Shown here piece by piece: positions 8,463-20,300 of a stretch of 64,000 bases of DNA. Position 1 is the stretch's first letter. Every line of letters starts with the position of its first letter. Made by a program: the position numbers and the translations under genes. The DNA is from a virus (taxonomy: Duplodnaviria; Caudoviricetes), in the IMG/VR virus record IMGVR_UViG_3300023105_001349, positions 1 through 64,000 of that record; one strand, given 5' to 3'. Below the pieces are notes generated by a model that saw nothing but the letters and a program-made list of their open reading frames with translations, did no database searches and was not told the DNA's origin.

Positions 8463-10378
8463 TGTCAACTGATGCATATTCACAAAATACTGGCGAAGTA
8501 AAACGTACAACGTCTGAAGTTGATTCAAATAAACACAATCCCGGACCGTTTATTGCTGTGGTAAAAAATCATCTAGATAGTCAATTTATGGGCAGACTAG
8601 AAGTAATGCTTCAAACAAAAAGCGGCAGTGGTAACAGCGAAGACGAACCTGGTAAAACAGTGCCTGTAAGTTATCTAAGTCCTTTTTGGGGTATTACACC
8701 TTATAAAGGCGTTACTGAGAATGAAGGTCATCAGTTTAGTCAAAAGAGTTATGGTTTTTGGGGTGTTCCGCCAGACGTTGGCGCAAAAGTACTTGTTATT
8801 TTTGCAGAAGGCGGACAAGGCTTTTGGATTGGGTGTATTCAAGAAGACTACACCAATATTCTTACACCTGGTGGTCCTTTTACTAGTACTACTTTTAACA
8901 CAGAAGATAACACTAAAAAACTTCCAGTTGCTGAACCAAACAAAAAAACTAGTGATGGCACACAACGTAATGTAACAAAAGAATTAAAACCTGTTAATAC
9001 TGATGCTAAAGCAATATTAGAAACTCAAGGTTTGCTAAATGACGAATTTAGAGGTACAACAACTTCTAGTGCTAGACGCGAATTACCAAGTATGGTTACA
9101 GGATTTAGTAGTCCAGGACCAGCAGATAGACGAGAGGGTGCGCCTAAAGTAACTTATGGTGAGAATTTTGCACAATCAGTTGTACCGCAAAACCGCTTAG
9201 GCGGCTCTAGTCTAGTATTTGATGACGGCGATGCAACACTTTTAAGAACAAAGCCTGCCGGAGGCCCGGATGGTGCAGCACCTGAATATAAAAATAAAGA
9301 AGCAGGCGAAGAAGGCGGAGATCCTACTTTACCGCACAACGAACTTGTACGTCTAAGAACACGTACAGGGCATCAAATTTTAATGCACAATACAGAAGAT
9401 TTTATCTATATTGCAAACGCTAAAGGAACAACGTGGATTGAATTAACAAGCAACGGCAAAGTAGACATTTATGCAGCAAGTGATGTAAGCATTCATAGTG
9501 AAGCAAACATGAATTTTAAAGCCGACGGAAGTATGTATTTTGAAGCAGGTGCAGATATACATATGAAAGCAGGTACAAACATATTTCAAACCACTGGAGC
9601 AAATTGGGAAATTAAAGCAGGCGCTGACGGCAAGATAACAACCGCAGCAAACTTAGATTTAAGTTCTGGTGGCGACACAAGATCAAATGCTGCTAATACT
9701 CATTGGACAGCAAGTTCGCATACACATACTGGCAACATTGAACAAAATGGCACAGCAGCAACAGCAGCAACAGAAGCGGCTGAAGCAGATCCTAGTAAAC
9801 GTGTCCCAGAACACGAACCTTGGTTTGGGCACGAACACCTTCATATCGAAGGCGAAGAAGATTATTACGGAAGTGCTACACAAGAAGATGTTGCTGCTAC
9901 GCCAGATACATTTGCACAAAGCACTACAAGACCTGCAAACTCTACACCTAGCACTCCGCCCCCTGGAACAACACCGGCTGCAACAACAGCAGACCCTGCA
10001 ACACAGACAGCAGAAGAAGCATCGCAGGGAGTTATACAAACTCCAACATCTACAAGTACAGGTACAGGTCTTGGAGGACTCTTTAGTGGGTTAAGTAATC
10101 TAGCGTCTGGAATTAGTAATGCTATTAGTAATCTTACTAATGGAATAACGTTAGGATCTGTAGGAGAATTAACAAGATCTATAGACTTTAATACAATTAG
10201 ATTCCCAGCAGCACAAACAGTAATTAGAGAAATGGACAGAGTAGCAAGCCCGTCAGAATTAAATAGAGTAATAACTGGCGCTGCAACAGAAATTCAAGGC
10301 GTTGCTGGACAAATTGCTCCTCAAGCAGCATCAGCAATGCGCGATTTAAGAACACGTTTAGCAAGGGTAAATACATAA
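8462..10378 (+). CDS. gp5: Baseplate central spike (gp5/VgrG-like), no lysozyme domain
   Basis: OB-fold GPFIAVVKNHLDSQFMGRLEV and PPDVGAKVLVIF, RLRTRTGHQILM, beta-helix repeats, HTH and HEPWFGH motifs. Confidence 0.8.
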   Translation: MSTDAYSQNTGEVKRTTSEVDSNKHNPGPFIAVVKNHLDSQFMGRLEVMLQTKSGSGNSEDEPGKTVPVSYLSPFWGITPYKGVTENEGHQFSQKSYGFWGVPPDVGAKVLVIFAEGGQGFWIGCIQEDYTNILTPGGPFTSTTFNTEDNTKKLPVAEPNKKTSDGTQRNVTKELKPVNTDAKAILETQGLLNDEFRGTTTSSARRELPSMVTGFSSPGPADRREGAPKVTYGENFAQSVVPQNRLGGSSLVFDDGDATLLRTKPAGGPDGAAPEYKNKEAGEEGGDPTLPHNELVRLRTRTGHQILMHNTEDFIYIANAKGTTWIELTSNGKVDIYAASDVSIHSEANMNFKADGSMYFEAGADIHMKAGTNIFQTTGANWEIKAGADGKITTAANLDLSSGGDTRSNAANTHWTASSHTHTGNIEQNGTAATAATEAAEADPSKRVPEHEPWFGHEHLHIEGEEDYYGSATQEDVAATPDTFAQSTTRPANSTPSTPPPGTTPAATTADPATQTAEEASQGVIQTPTSTSTGTGLGGLFSGLSNLASGISNAISNLTNGITLGSVGELTRSIDFNTIRFPAAQTVIREMDRVASPSELNRVITGAATEIQGVAGQIAPQAASAMRDLRTRLARVNT

Positions 10379-10379
10379 A

Positions 10380-10826
10380 ATGAGTACAGTAGAGAAGAAC
10401 ATATACAAGCAGATTACAGTTCCTAGTAATCAAAAATCACAACCTGTTCCTGAAAGCAGAGCATACAGAGGTATCTCTACAGTAGATCCTGATGCTACAA
10501 ATGTTGTTCTTTACGATATTGAACTTATTAAACAGGATATTATTAATCATTTCCATATTAGACAAGGTGAGAAATTGTCAGATCCTAAGTTTGGAACAAT
10601 AATATGGGACGTACTATTTGAACCGCTTACAGATGATCTTAAAGACGCAATAGTACGTAATGTATCTAAAATTATTAACTTTGATCCACGAGTTAATGTA
10701 GATCAAATTATAGTTGACAGCTATGAAAGCGGCATCCAAATTGAGTGCGTATTAACATATTTGCCTTACAATATATCAGAATCGATGCGTATGAAGTTTG
10801 ATGAGAATGCTGGTTTCCTCTCATAA
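10380..10826 (+). CDS. gp25: Baseplate wedge/sheath initiator gp25
   Basis: LIKQDIINHFHIRQGEKLSDPKFGTIIWDVLFEP; gp5-gp25-gp6 order. Confidence 0.9.
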   Translation: MSTVEKNIYKQITVPSNQKSQPVPESRAYRGISTVDPDATNVVLYDIELIKQDIINHFHIRQGEKLSDPKFGTIIWDVLFEPLTDDLKDAIVRNVSKIINFDPRVNVDQIIVDSYESGIQIECVLTYLPYNISESMRMKFDENAGFLS

Positions 10827-10854
10827 AATAAACTACGCACATAATTAAATCCGC

Positions 10855-10860
10855 TAAATA
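10855..10860 (+). promoter_or_regulatory. Late-promoter-like TAAATA upstream of gp6
   Basis: In the 56-nt intergenic gap, GAGGA SD downstream. Confidence 0.55.
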
Positions 10861-10882
10861 GTTTATATGAGAGGAATGAGTA

Positions 10883-13800
10883 ATGTCATCAACAGATAGA
10901 CAAAATAGATTATTACTTGCTGAAGACTGGAAGCGAGTATACCAAACATTTAGAAACGCTGATTTCAAGAGTTACGACTTTGATAACCTTCGTCGTACAA
11001 TGATTAACTATCTGCGTCAAAACTATCCAGAAGACTTTAATGATTACATTGAATCAAGTGAATACCTAGCATTAATTGATCTTATTTCATTCCTTGGACA
11101 AAACATTGCATATAGAATTGATTTAAATGCAAGAGAGAATTATTTAGAACTTGCAGAACGTAGAGAAAGTGTACTACGTTTAGCTCGTTTACTATCTTAT
11201 AATCCTAAACGTAATCAAGCCGCAAATGGATTATTAAAAGTTGCTTCGGTGTCAACTACTGAAGAAATTACCGACTCTAACAATATTAATCTTGAAGGAC
11301 AAACTATTGTATGGAACGATCCTAGTAACCCCGATTGGTTCGAACAATTTACACGAGTAATGAATGCAGCTCTGCCTGTAAACAATACTTTTGGTAGACC
11401 TGTAAAATCTGAAACAATTAGTGGAATACCTACAGAGCAGTATCGTTTAAATTCTACAAACAACGAGGTGCCTGCTTATAGTTTTAGTAAAACAATTGAC
11501 GGAAGAAGTGCAGTATTTGAAGTAGTATCAAGTGACTTTGGTACAAGCGATATTAGAGAAGAAGCACCATTTCCTGGTAACAACTTTGCCTTACTTTATA
11601 GAGATGACGGCAAAGGTGCAGCAAGTTCAAATACAGGTTTCTTCTCACACTTTAGACAAGGTAAATTAGATCAAGGTACGTTTAATGTTACTAATCCAAG
11701 CACAAACCAAGTAGTTGCTGTTGACGCAACTAATGTTAACCAAACAGACGTTTGGTTGTATAAACTTGATAGTTTAGGAAATGAATTAGAACAGTGGGCT
11801 AAGGTTGACGCTGTTGAAGGCAACAACGTAATTTATAATAGTCTTTCAAGAAACGAACGTAACATTTACAGTGTTCTTACTCGTATTGATGATAGAATTA
11901 GTTTAATATTCTCAGACGGTGTATTTGGTAATTTACCACAAGGCAATTTCCGTGTTTATTATCGTACAAGTAAAAATCAACGTCTTGTTGTAACACCAGA
12001 TGATATGAGAGGTATTGCTATCAAAATACCTTATGTTTCTAAACAAGGTAAAGCAGAAACAATTACAATGACCTACGCATTAGGTTATACTGTTGACAAT
12101 GGAACAGTTAGTGAAACAAGTGCAAGCATTAAACGTAATGCGCCTGCAACTTATTACACACAGAACAGATTAATTACTGCTGAAGATTATCAAATTGGAC
12201 CACTTACTGTAAGCCAAGAAATTGTAAAAGCAAAATCTTCAAATAGAATTTCAAGTGGTATTAGTAGATACTTTGATCTTACTGATGCTACTGGCAAATA
12301 TTCAACAACAAACTTGTTTGGTAAAGACGGTGCATTATATAAAGAGTACTTAAACTTAAAAGCAGGATTTAGTTTTGAAACATTAACAGACGTAGAAGGT
12401 GCGTTAGTTAATACAGTTGAACCTATTCTTGCAAATATTAAATTAAGAAACTATTATTACGATTCATTTCCAAAACTTTTAGTTGACGATTTAGGATCAT
12501 CTTGGGTACAAGTTAGTACAGCAACAAATCAAACAACAGGTTACTTTATAAATCCAAATAATGTTAAAGTAAAAGTAGGAACATTTACAGGAAGTAATAA
12601 TAAATTTATTAAAGTTAATTCTTTATTAAAATTTGAAGCACCAACAGGATATCATTTCTTAAATGGTAAATTAGAAACTGGTGCACCTGATTACAGAGGC
12701 GGCTCAACATATAAATGGACAAAAATTATCACTGTAGTTGACGACGGCACTGAGCTTAATGCAGACGGCAGTGGTCCAATTGTTCTTAATGATGTTATTC
12801 CTTCAACTGCTAAACTAGTTGAAATTAGAACAGCACTTCCAAAAGCACTTACAAATGACGTTCAAGCGCAGGTTATTAATCAAATATTTGCTTATCAAAC
12901 ATTTGGTCTACGTTATTCACAAGCACAAGGCGAGTGGAGACTTATTACAGAGAATAACCTAGATGCAGTAAATGATTTCTCAACAGGTAAAACTGGTGAT
13001 ACAACTAATCAACAACTAGACGCAAGTTGGTTATTGTTATTTGAAACCGATGGTGAGAAATATACAATTACATATCGTGCAATGCGTTACGTTTTTGAAA
13101 GTGATGCAGAAATACGTTTCTATTATGATAGTAGCGATAAAATTTATAACAACTTAACAGGTAAAATTGTTAAAGATAAAATTTCAGTTTTAAACATTAA
13201 TACACAACCAGATAGTTCAAACCCATTTAATGTTGATTTTGATTGGGAAGTTGTAGAAGAATACAGAGATGTTGAAGGTTATGTTGATAGTAAAAAAATA
13301 CAAATTAGTTTCTTTGACGACGACGATGACGGAGTAGTTGATAATCCTGAAATGTTTGACGAGATTATTGATCCTGAAACAAACCTAGCAGACAAACTAG
13401 TATTTTTAGAATTAATAACATCAACTGATGGCGTAAATGATTATGTATTTGTAGACAAAGATTCTATTGGAGTACAAGTGTTTACAAATAAAAATTCAGT
13501 TGGTGCATTAAGTCAATACGACGACCAAGCATTGTTTTATTATATAGAAGAAGATATTTTTGAAAGATTAACAAAAGCAACTTCTATATTAACAATTGAA
13601 ACAAAATACAAAGCACAAATTGGTCGTAGTAATTTAAAATTCCAATACATTCATGCAGCAGATCAAGATAATAGAATTGATCCTAGTGCAAGTAATATTA
13701 TTGACACATATTTGTTAACACGCGAATATGACACACAATTTAGACTTTGGTTAGATGGTTCAAGAAGTAATAAACCGTTGCCACCAAGTAGTGACGAATT

Positions 13801-14302
13801 GTATATAAATTATAGTTCAGAACTTAACAGCATTAAGTCGTTAAGTGACGAAATAATTTATCATCCAGTTAAGTACAAAGTACTATTTGGTGATAAGGCA
13901 AATTCAGAGTTGCAAGCAAAATTTAAAATAGTTAAAAACTCAGACTTAGTTATTAACAACAACGAATTAAAATCTAATGTTATTAGTGCAGTTAATAGAT
14001 TCTTTGCACTTGATAACTGGGACTTTGGTGATAGATTTTATTTCTCAGAACTAGCAACTTATGTAATGAATGAATTATCTCCAAATATTTCAACATTCAT
14101 TATTGTTCCAGATCAAGCAGACCAAGCGTTTGGTTCCTTGTTTGAAATAAAAGCAGAATCAGATGAAATTTTTATAAGCGGTGCAGAAGTTACCGACATT
14201 GAAATTATTGATGCTGTTACAGCAAGCAGGTTAAAAGCAACCGGTAGTGTAGTAACAGAAACAGCAGTCAGCAATACAGGAATTACAAGTTCTAATACGT
14301 AA
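10883..14302 (+). CDS. gp6: Baseplate wedge subunit gp6
   Basis: N-terminal DFKSYDFDNLRRTMINYL...ENYLELAERRESVLRLARLLSYNPKR; LITAEDY motif. Confidence 0.9.
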   Translation: MSSTDRQNRLLLAEDWKRVYQTFRNADFKSYDFDNLRRTMINYLRQNYPEDFNDYIESSEYLALIDLISFLGQNIAYRIDLNARENYLELAERRESVLRLARLLSYNPKRNQAANGLLKVASVSTTEEITDSNNINLEGQTIVWNDPSNPDWFEQFTRVMNAALPVNNTFGRPVKSETISGIPTEQYRLNSTNNEVPAYSFSKTIDGRSAVFEVVSSDFGTSDIREEAPFPGNNFALLYRDDGKGAASSNTGFFSHFRQGKLDQGTFNVTNPSTNQVVAVDATNVNQTDVWLYKLDSLGNELEQWAKVDAVEGNNVIYNSLSRNERNIYSVLTRIDDRISLIFSDGVFGNLPQGNFRVYYRTSKNQRLVVTPDDMRGIAIKIPYVSKQGKAETITMTYALGYTVDNGTVSETSASIKRNAPATYYTQNRLITAEDYQIGPLTVSQEIVKAKSSNRISSGISRYFDLTDATGKYSTTNLFGKDGALYKEYLNLKAGFSFETLTDVEGALVNTVEPILANIKLRNYYYDSFPKLLVDDLGSSWVQVSTATNQTTGYFINPNNVKVKVGTFTGSNNKFIKVNSLLKFEAPTGYHFLNGKLETGAPDYRGGSTYKWTKIITVVDDGTELNADGSGPIVLNDVIPSTAKLVEIRTALPKALTNDVQAQVINQIFAYQTFGLRYSQAQGEWRLITENNLDAVNDFSTGKTGDTTNQQLDASWLLLFETDGEKYTITYRAMRYVFESDAEIRFYYDSSDKIYNNLTGKIVKDKISVLNINTQPDSSNPFNVDFDWEVVEEYRDVEGYVDSKKIQISFFDDDDDGVVDNPEMFDEIIDPETNLADKLVFLELITSTDGVNDYVFVDKDSIGVQVFTNKNSVGALSQYDDQALFYYIEEDIFERLTKATSILTIETKYKAQIGRSNLKFQYIHAADQDNRIDPSASNIIDTYLLTREYDTQFRLWLDGSRSNKPLPPSSDELYINYSSELNSIKSLSDEIIYHPVKYKVLFGDKANSELQAKFKIVKNSDLVINNNELKSNVISAVNRFFALDNWDFGDRFYFSELATYVMNELSPNISTFIIVPDQADQAFGSLFEIKAESDEIFISGAEVTDIEIIDAVTASRLKATGSVVTETAVSNTGITSSNT

Positions 14303-14329
14303 GTAAGATAGTGTATAGGATAACAAAGA

Positions 14330-17300
14330 ATGGCATTTAACAACGATCAGACAGAACAACCATTACCAGCAGGCGGTAATCAAAAACGTAAAAGTTCTCA
14401 GCATCTACCTAAATATTTTAGAACGCAGTTTAACAAAAAGTTTTTAGCTGCGACACTAGATCAATTAATACAACCGGGTGTAGCAGAGAAACTTAACGGA
14501 TACTTTGGACGTAAAACTGCTAAAGGTTATCAGTCATCTGATTTTTATATTGGTGACGTTAGTACTGACAGAGAAGATTATCAGTTTGAACCTGCGTCTG
14601 TTATTAAAGACGAACTTAATAATGTAAATTATTTTGGAACATACAATGACTATATTAATCAAATTAAAAACCTTGACGGTTCCGTTGACGATCACAGCCT
14701 TCTTAATAGACAAGAATACTATGCTTGGAATCCGCACATTAACTGGGATAAGTTTGTAAATTTTAGAGAATACTATTGGTTACCAAATGGTCCACAAAGT
14801 GTTCCTGTTGCAGGCGAAACAATTAATGTAGAAAGTACTATTAAAGTAACTGCTAGTGATGCACAAGATAATAAAGCATTTGTGTTTACACCAGATGGGT
14901 TAACAACTAATCCAGAACTTACTCTTTATAGAGGTATTACTTATAGATTTGAAATAGACGCTCCTGGCTTACCATTGTCATTTAGAACTTCAAGACGTGT
15001 TGCACCAGACTGGAGAGCAGTAAGTTTTTACAAAGCAGGCGAACAAGTACAATACAAAGGAGCAATTTATACTGCAATAGATGATGTTGCTACTGATTGG
15101 GAATTTGAAACACATGCTGATAAATGGGAATTAGATTTAAACTTTAATTTAAAAACACAAGTATCTCAACAAGATGTAGAAGATGGTGTCATTGAAGTTA
15201 CATTAGATGGCGGAACACCAGATGCAATTTATTATGTTAGTAACAATGATATTAATGCCGGTGGTTTAATTAGAGTTTACGATATTGACCAAGCAACAAG
15301 CATTAATGTTGAACAAGAAATACTAGGTAAAAAAGATTACACTACTTCTAGCGGCTTTGATTTATCAAACGGAATGAAGATTTCTTTTAGTGGCGAAGTT
15401 ACTCCTGAGAAATATGGTATTGGTTCTTGGTATGTTGAAGGCGTTGGAGATGAAATACAACTTATTTCAGAAGAAGAATTAAGTGCTGCAAGTGCATTTA
15501 CAGATGACTTTGATATTGAATTTGATACTGAAGGATTTGATAGACTTCCGTATTCACAGGCTATTGGTTATCCTGCTAAAAAAGATTATATTACAATTAG
15601 TAGAACAAGTCAAGACGGTAACTTATGGTCAAAGTATAATAGATGGTTCCATAAATCAGTTATTGAACAATCCGCGTCGATTAACAATCAGCCATCAGAA
15701 CTTGATCAATCTCAACGTGCAACAAGACCAATTATTGAATTTGAAGCAAACTTAAAACTGTTTGACTTTGGTACTAGAGTTAAATTAAATGTAGATCTAG
15801 TTGACGACTTTACTACAGATGTGTTTAGTACAATTGAAGGATCTAAAGGTTATAATGTAGACGGCGTTGATCTTACAAATGGTATGCGAGTACTGTTTAC
15901 AGCAGATCCTGACAGTTTAGTAAACGGTAAGATTTACGAAGTTAAGTTTATTACAATTTTAAATGATAGACAAATAACACTACAAGAAACTGAAGATTCA
16001 GCTCCACAGCAATTTGAAACTGTGTTATGTAAAGACGGTGATACCTATAAAGGTAAAATGTTATTTTACACAGGAACAAAGTGGAAACTAGCACAAGATA
16101 AAACAGATGTTAACCAAGCACCGCTATTTGATTTGTTTGATAAAGACGGTTATAGTTTAAGCGACGAAACTGTTTATGATTCAAGTTCTTTTAAAGGAAC
16201 TAAATTATTCTCGTATAAAACAGGTACAGGAACAAACGATACTGAATTAGGATTTCCTTTATCATATAGAAGTATTGAGAACGTTGGTGACGTTACATTT
16301 AATTTTAATTTAATAACTGATTCTGTAGATTATGTTTTAGATACCGAAGAAACATCAATTTCAACATCTGTAGCATACTTAAGAAAGTATAATAGTTTAA
16401 CAGATTTTAATCCAGTTAACGGTTGGATCAAATCAGATAATCTTAGTAGTCAAGTTATAATTAGACAATTTGTTGTTGATAATACAAGAACAGTATATCC
16501 TATTGATGTATATAATCGCAGTGGTCTTTTAAATGACTTATGGGTTAAAGTTTTTGTAAACAATAAAGTATTATTTGAGGGTGTTGATTATACACTTTCT
16601 TCAAATAATGAAGATATTTTAGAAATAACATTTACTACTGATCTAGAGTTAGATGATGTTATTCTTATAAAAACAAGATCAACAGCATTAAAAAATGACA
16701 ACGGTTTTTATGAAATTGCAAATAGTTTAGAAAGAAACCCATTAAACAAGGACATGCAAGACTTTACCTTAGGTGAAGTTAATGATCATGTAGGAACAAT
16801 TATTGATGAAATTGATATGTTTAGTGGTGTATACCCTGGCATAAGCAACTTAAGAGATGCAGGTCCTATATCTCAGTTTGGTAAAAGATTTGTAAAACAT
16901 AGCAGTCCAATTAACCTTGCTATGTATCATTTATTAAACAAGGAATCAAATCTTGTAAAATCATTAAAATATTCTCGCAGAGAATACGGTAAGTTTAAAA
17001 GAACTTTCTTGCAAACAGCACATGATTTAGGATTTAGTGGATCTGTTAAAAAACATGTTGATGCAATAATAAAAGAAATTAATAAAAACAAAACTTCTAA
17101 GATGCCATTCTATTTTAGTGATATGGTACCTGCAGGAGCATCAGTTGTTAATTCTGTAACAGTTGAAGACGTTGATAATCAATTTTTTGCATTGAGCAAA
17201 GTTTTTACACTTGAAACATTAAGTGATGCAGCAGTACAAGTTTATCAAAATGAAGTACAACTAATACACGGTAAGGATTACACTTTTAATGATCAAGGTT

Positions 17301-20300
17301 TTGTAATTATTACTACTACAAAACAACGTGGTGATACAATTACAATTTACGAATACGAAACCACAAATGGAAGTTTTGTACCACCTACACCTACTAAATT
17401 AGGTTTATATCCAAAATACGAACCTACAATGTATGTAGATGACACGTACCTTGAACCACAAACAGTTATACAAGGACACGACGGAAGCATAATGATTGCT
17501 TTTGGAGATTTCCGTGATGATTTAATTTTAGAATTAGAGAAGAGAATATTTAACAACATTAAAGTTCGCTACGATACAGATTTGTTTAACTTGTTTGATT
17601 TTATTCCTAGCGAAGGAAGAAATACAGTTTTAACTAAAGAGCAAATTGACGAAACAATGCTTAGTGATTTTGCTCAGTGGCTACAATTAGTAGATGAAGA
17701 TTACACTGCTAATCCTGCATATGAAAGAACAAATACATTTACATTCAACCATCAAGGAATGTCAGATCCTAGCGGAAACAATGTAACTGGATATTGGAGA
17801 GCAGTTTACAAATGGGCATACGACACTGATCGTCCTCATACACATCCATGGGAAATGTTAGGTTTTACAATTAAACCAACTTGGTGGGATGAGCAGTACG
17901 GCGAAGCACCGTACACTAGCAACAACTTGTTAATGTGGGAAGATATTGAAAGTGGTATTATTAGAATTCCTGATCAACCTGTAACAGTTAACGAGCAGTT
18001 TTTAAGACCATTTTTAACAAGTCATTTACCAGTGGACGAAAGCGGTAATCTTGTAAGTCCTGTAATTAGTGGTTATATTAGAAATTACGATACTACTGAA
18101 CTTGATTTTAATTTTGTCTACGGTGATCATGGTCCTGTCGAGAATGCTTGGAGACGTAGTTCAGAATATCCATTTGCATTACTTACTTCGCTGTTTATTA
18201 ATCAGCCTAATTATGTATTAGGTACAGCCTGGGATAGATCAAGACAGTCTAGAAATATTGCTGGGCAGTTAGTGTATAATGATCAAACGCAATTAAGATT
18301 AGATAACTTAGTATTTCCAAATAATGTTACAGATAAATCTAGAACATATACTAGCGGTCTAGTAAATTACATTTATGATTATATGGCATCTAGTGTATCA
18401 ACTAGTTATAATTTATATGTTGATTCTGTAAAATCTATTAATAACCAAATGGCATTTAAGATTGCAGGATTTACTAATAAAGATAAATTTAAATTAATTC
18501 TTGACAGTAGAACTCCAACTAACCAAGGCAATGTTTTTGTTCCTGAAGAGAACTATCAGATATTCTTAAACACAAGTACACCTGTAACAACTATTGATTA
18601 TAGTGGTGTTATTGTAGAGAAACAAGAATACGGTTTTGTTGTTAGAGGTTATAACGGACAACGTCCATATTTTTACTATCATAAACCATATGAAATTACA
18701 AACGACCCTTATATAAACGTTGGCGGAATATCAGCAAACTTTTTATTATGGGATTCAAGAAAGGCATATACCCAAGATAGTATTGTTGAATATCAAAACA
18801 GTTATTACAGAGTTACAGAAGCACATACTAGCGGAACAGACTTTGATTCAACAAAATTTGCAAAGATTCCTAGCGTACCATTAACTGGTGGTAGAGATGC
18901 ATTTTTTAGAACTTCATTTGATAAGACACCTGTAAAAGTTCCTTACGGAACAGTGTATGAAACTATTCAAGAAGTAGTTGATTTTATTTTAGGTTATAGC
19001 GATTATCTTGTTGATCAAGGATTTGTTTTTGACTATTATGATACAAATGAACAATACGTTAGCGATTGGAAGACCAGTGCAAAAGAATTTATGTTCTGGA
19101 CCACACAAAACTGGGGCGCCGGCGCAGTTATTACACTAAGTCCAGCAGCATCACAATTAAAATTTATTAGCGAATATGCTGTTGTAGATGATGTATTTGA
19201 TACATTCTATGGCTACAGTTTGTTTAAAGCAGACGGTAAAAAATTAGAATCAGAGTTTGCAAGTTTAACTAGAGAGAATCCAGCAGAATTTATTTTAAGA
19301 CCTAAGAATACTGAAGACGGAATCTTTGCTGTACGTTTGGCATTAGTACAAAAAGAACATGCTGTATTAATTGATAATAAGACAGTGTTTAACGATATTA
19401 TATTTGACCAAGAGCCTGGTTATAGACAAGAAAGAATTAAAGTATTAGGTTATAGAACAGGTGATTGGGACGGAAGTTTAAATATTCCAGGATTTATTTT
19501 TGATAATGCAAAAATAACTGAATGGGAATCTTGGAAAGATTATGCAATTGGCGATCTTGTAAAATATAAAGAGTTTTATTATAGTGCAAGAAACAAAGTT
19601 CCAGGTGTAGAAGTATTTAATGATTCAGATTGGGTTAGACTAGACGAGAAGCCTTCAATGGGGTTAATACCTAACTTTGAATATAAGACTAATCAGTTTG
19701 CTGACTTTTACGATTTAGACACAGACAATTTTGATTTAGAACAACAAAAATTTGCACAGCATTTAATTGGTTATCAAAACCGCGACTATCTTGCTAACAT
19801 TATTAATGACGATGTAAGTCAGTATAAGTTCTACCAAGGTATGATTCAAGACAAAGGTACTAAAAATGCATTAAGCAAATTGTTTGATGTATTAAGTAGT
19901 AGCGATAAAGATAGTTTAGAATTTTTTGAAGAATGGGCAGTTAAAGCAGGACAATATGGTGCTTCTGAAGGATTTGAAGAAGTTGAATATTTAATTGACG
20001 AAGCAAACATGCGTTTGTCGCCACAAACAATTGAACTTGTTAATAATACTACCGGTCAAGAAACAGATTTAGTTTATAGAATTAAACCTTTTGAGACTTA
20101 TTTAAAACCAGCAGGATACAATCATGCTCCGTGGCCATCAAAGTATGTAGAAGATACGTATACAAAGAATAGTGGATTTGTAAATAGAGATGATGTAGAT
20201 TTTGTTGTATCAACTTATGACAGTATTTTAAATATTGATTATTCTACATGTAATTTTAACGATACTATTTGGGTAGGTAATGACGGATTAACTTGGAATG

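Noticed and set aside
9669-10094. Poly-Gln (+) and poly-Cys (-) ORFs inside gp5
   Set aside because: By-products of GCA/ACA codon runs encoding the Ala/Thr linker in the real frame
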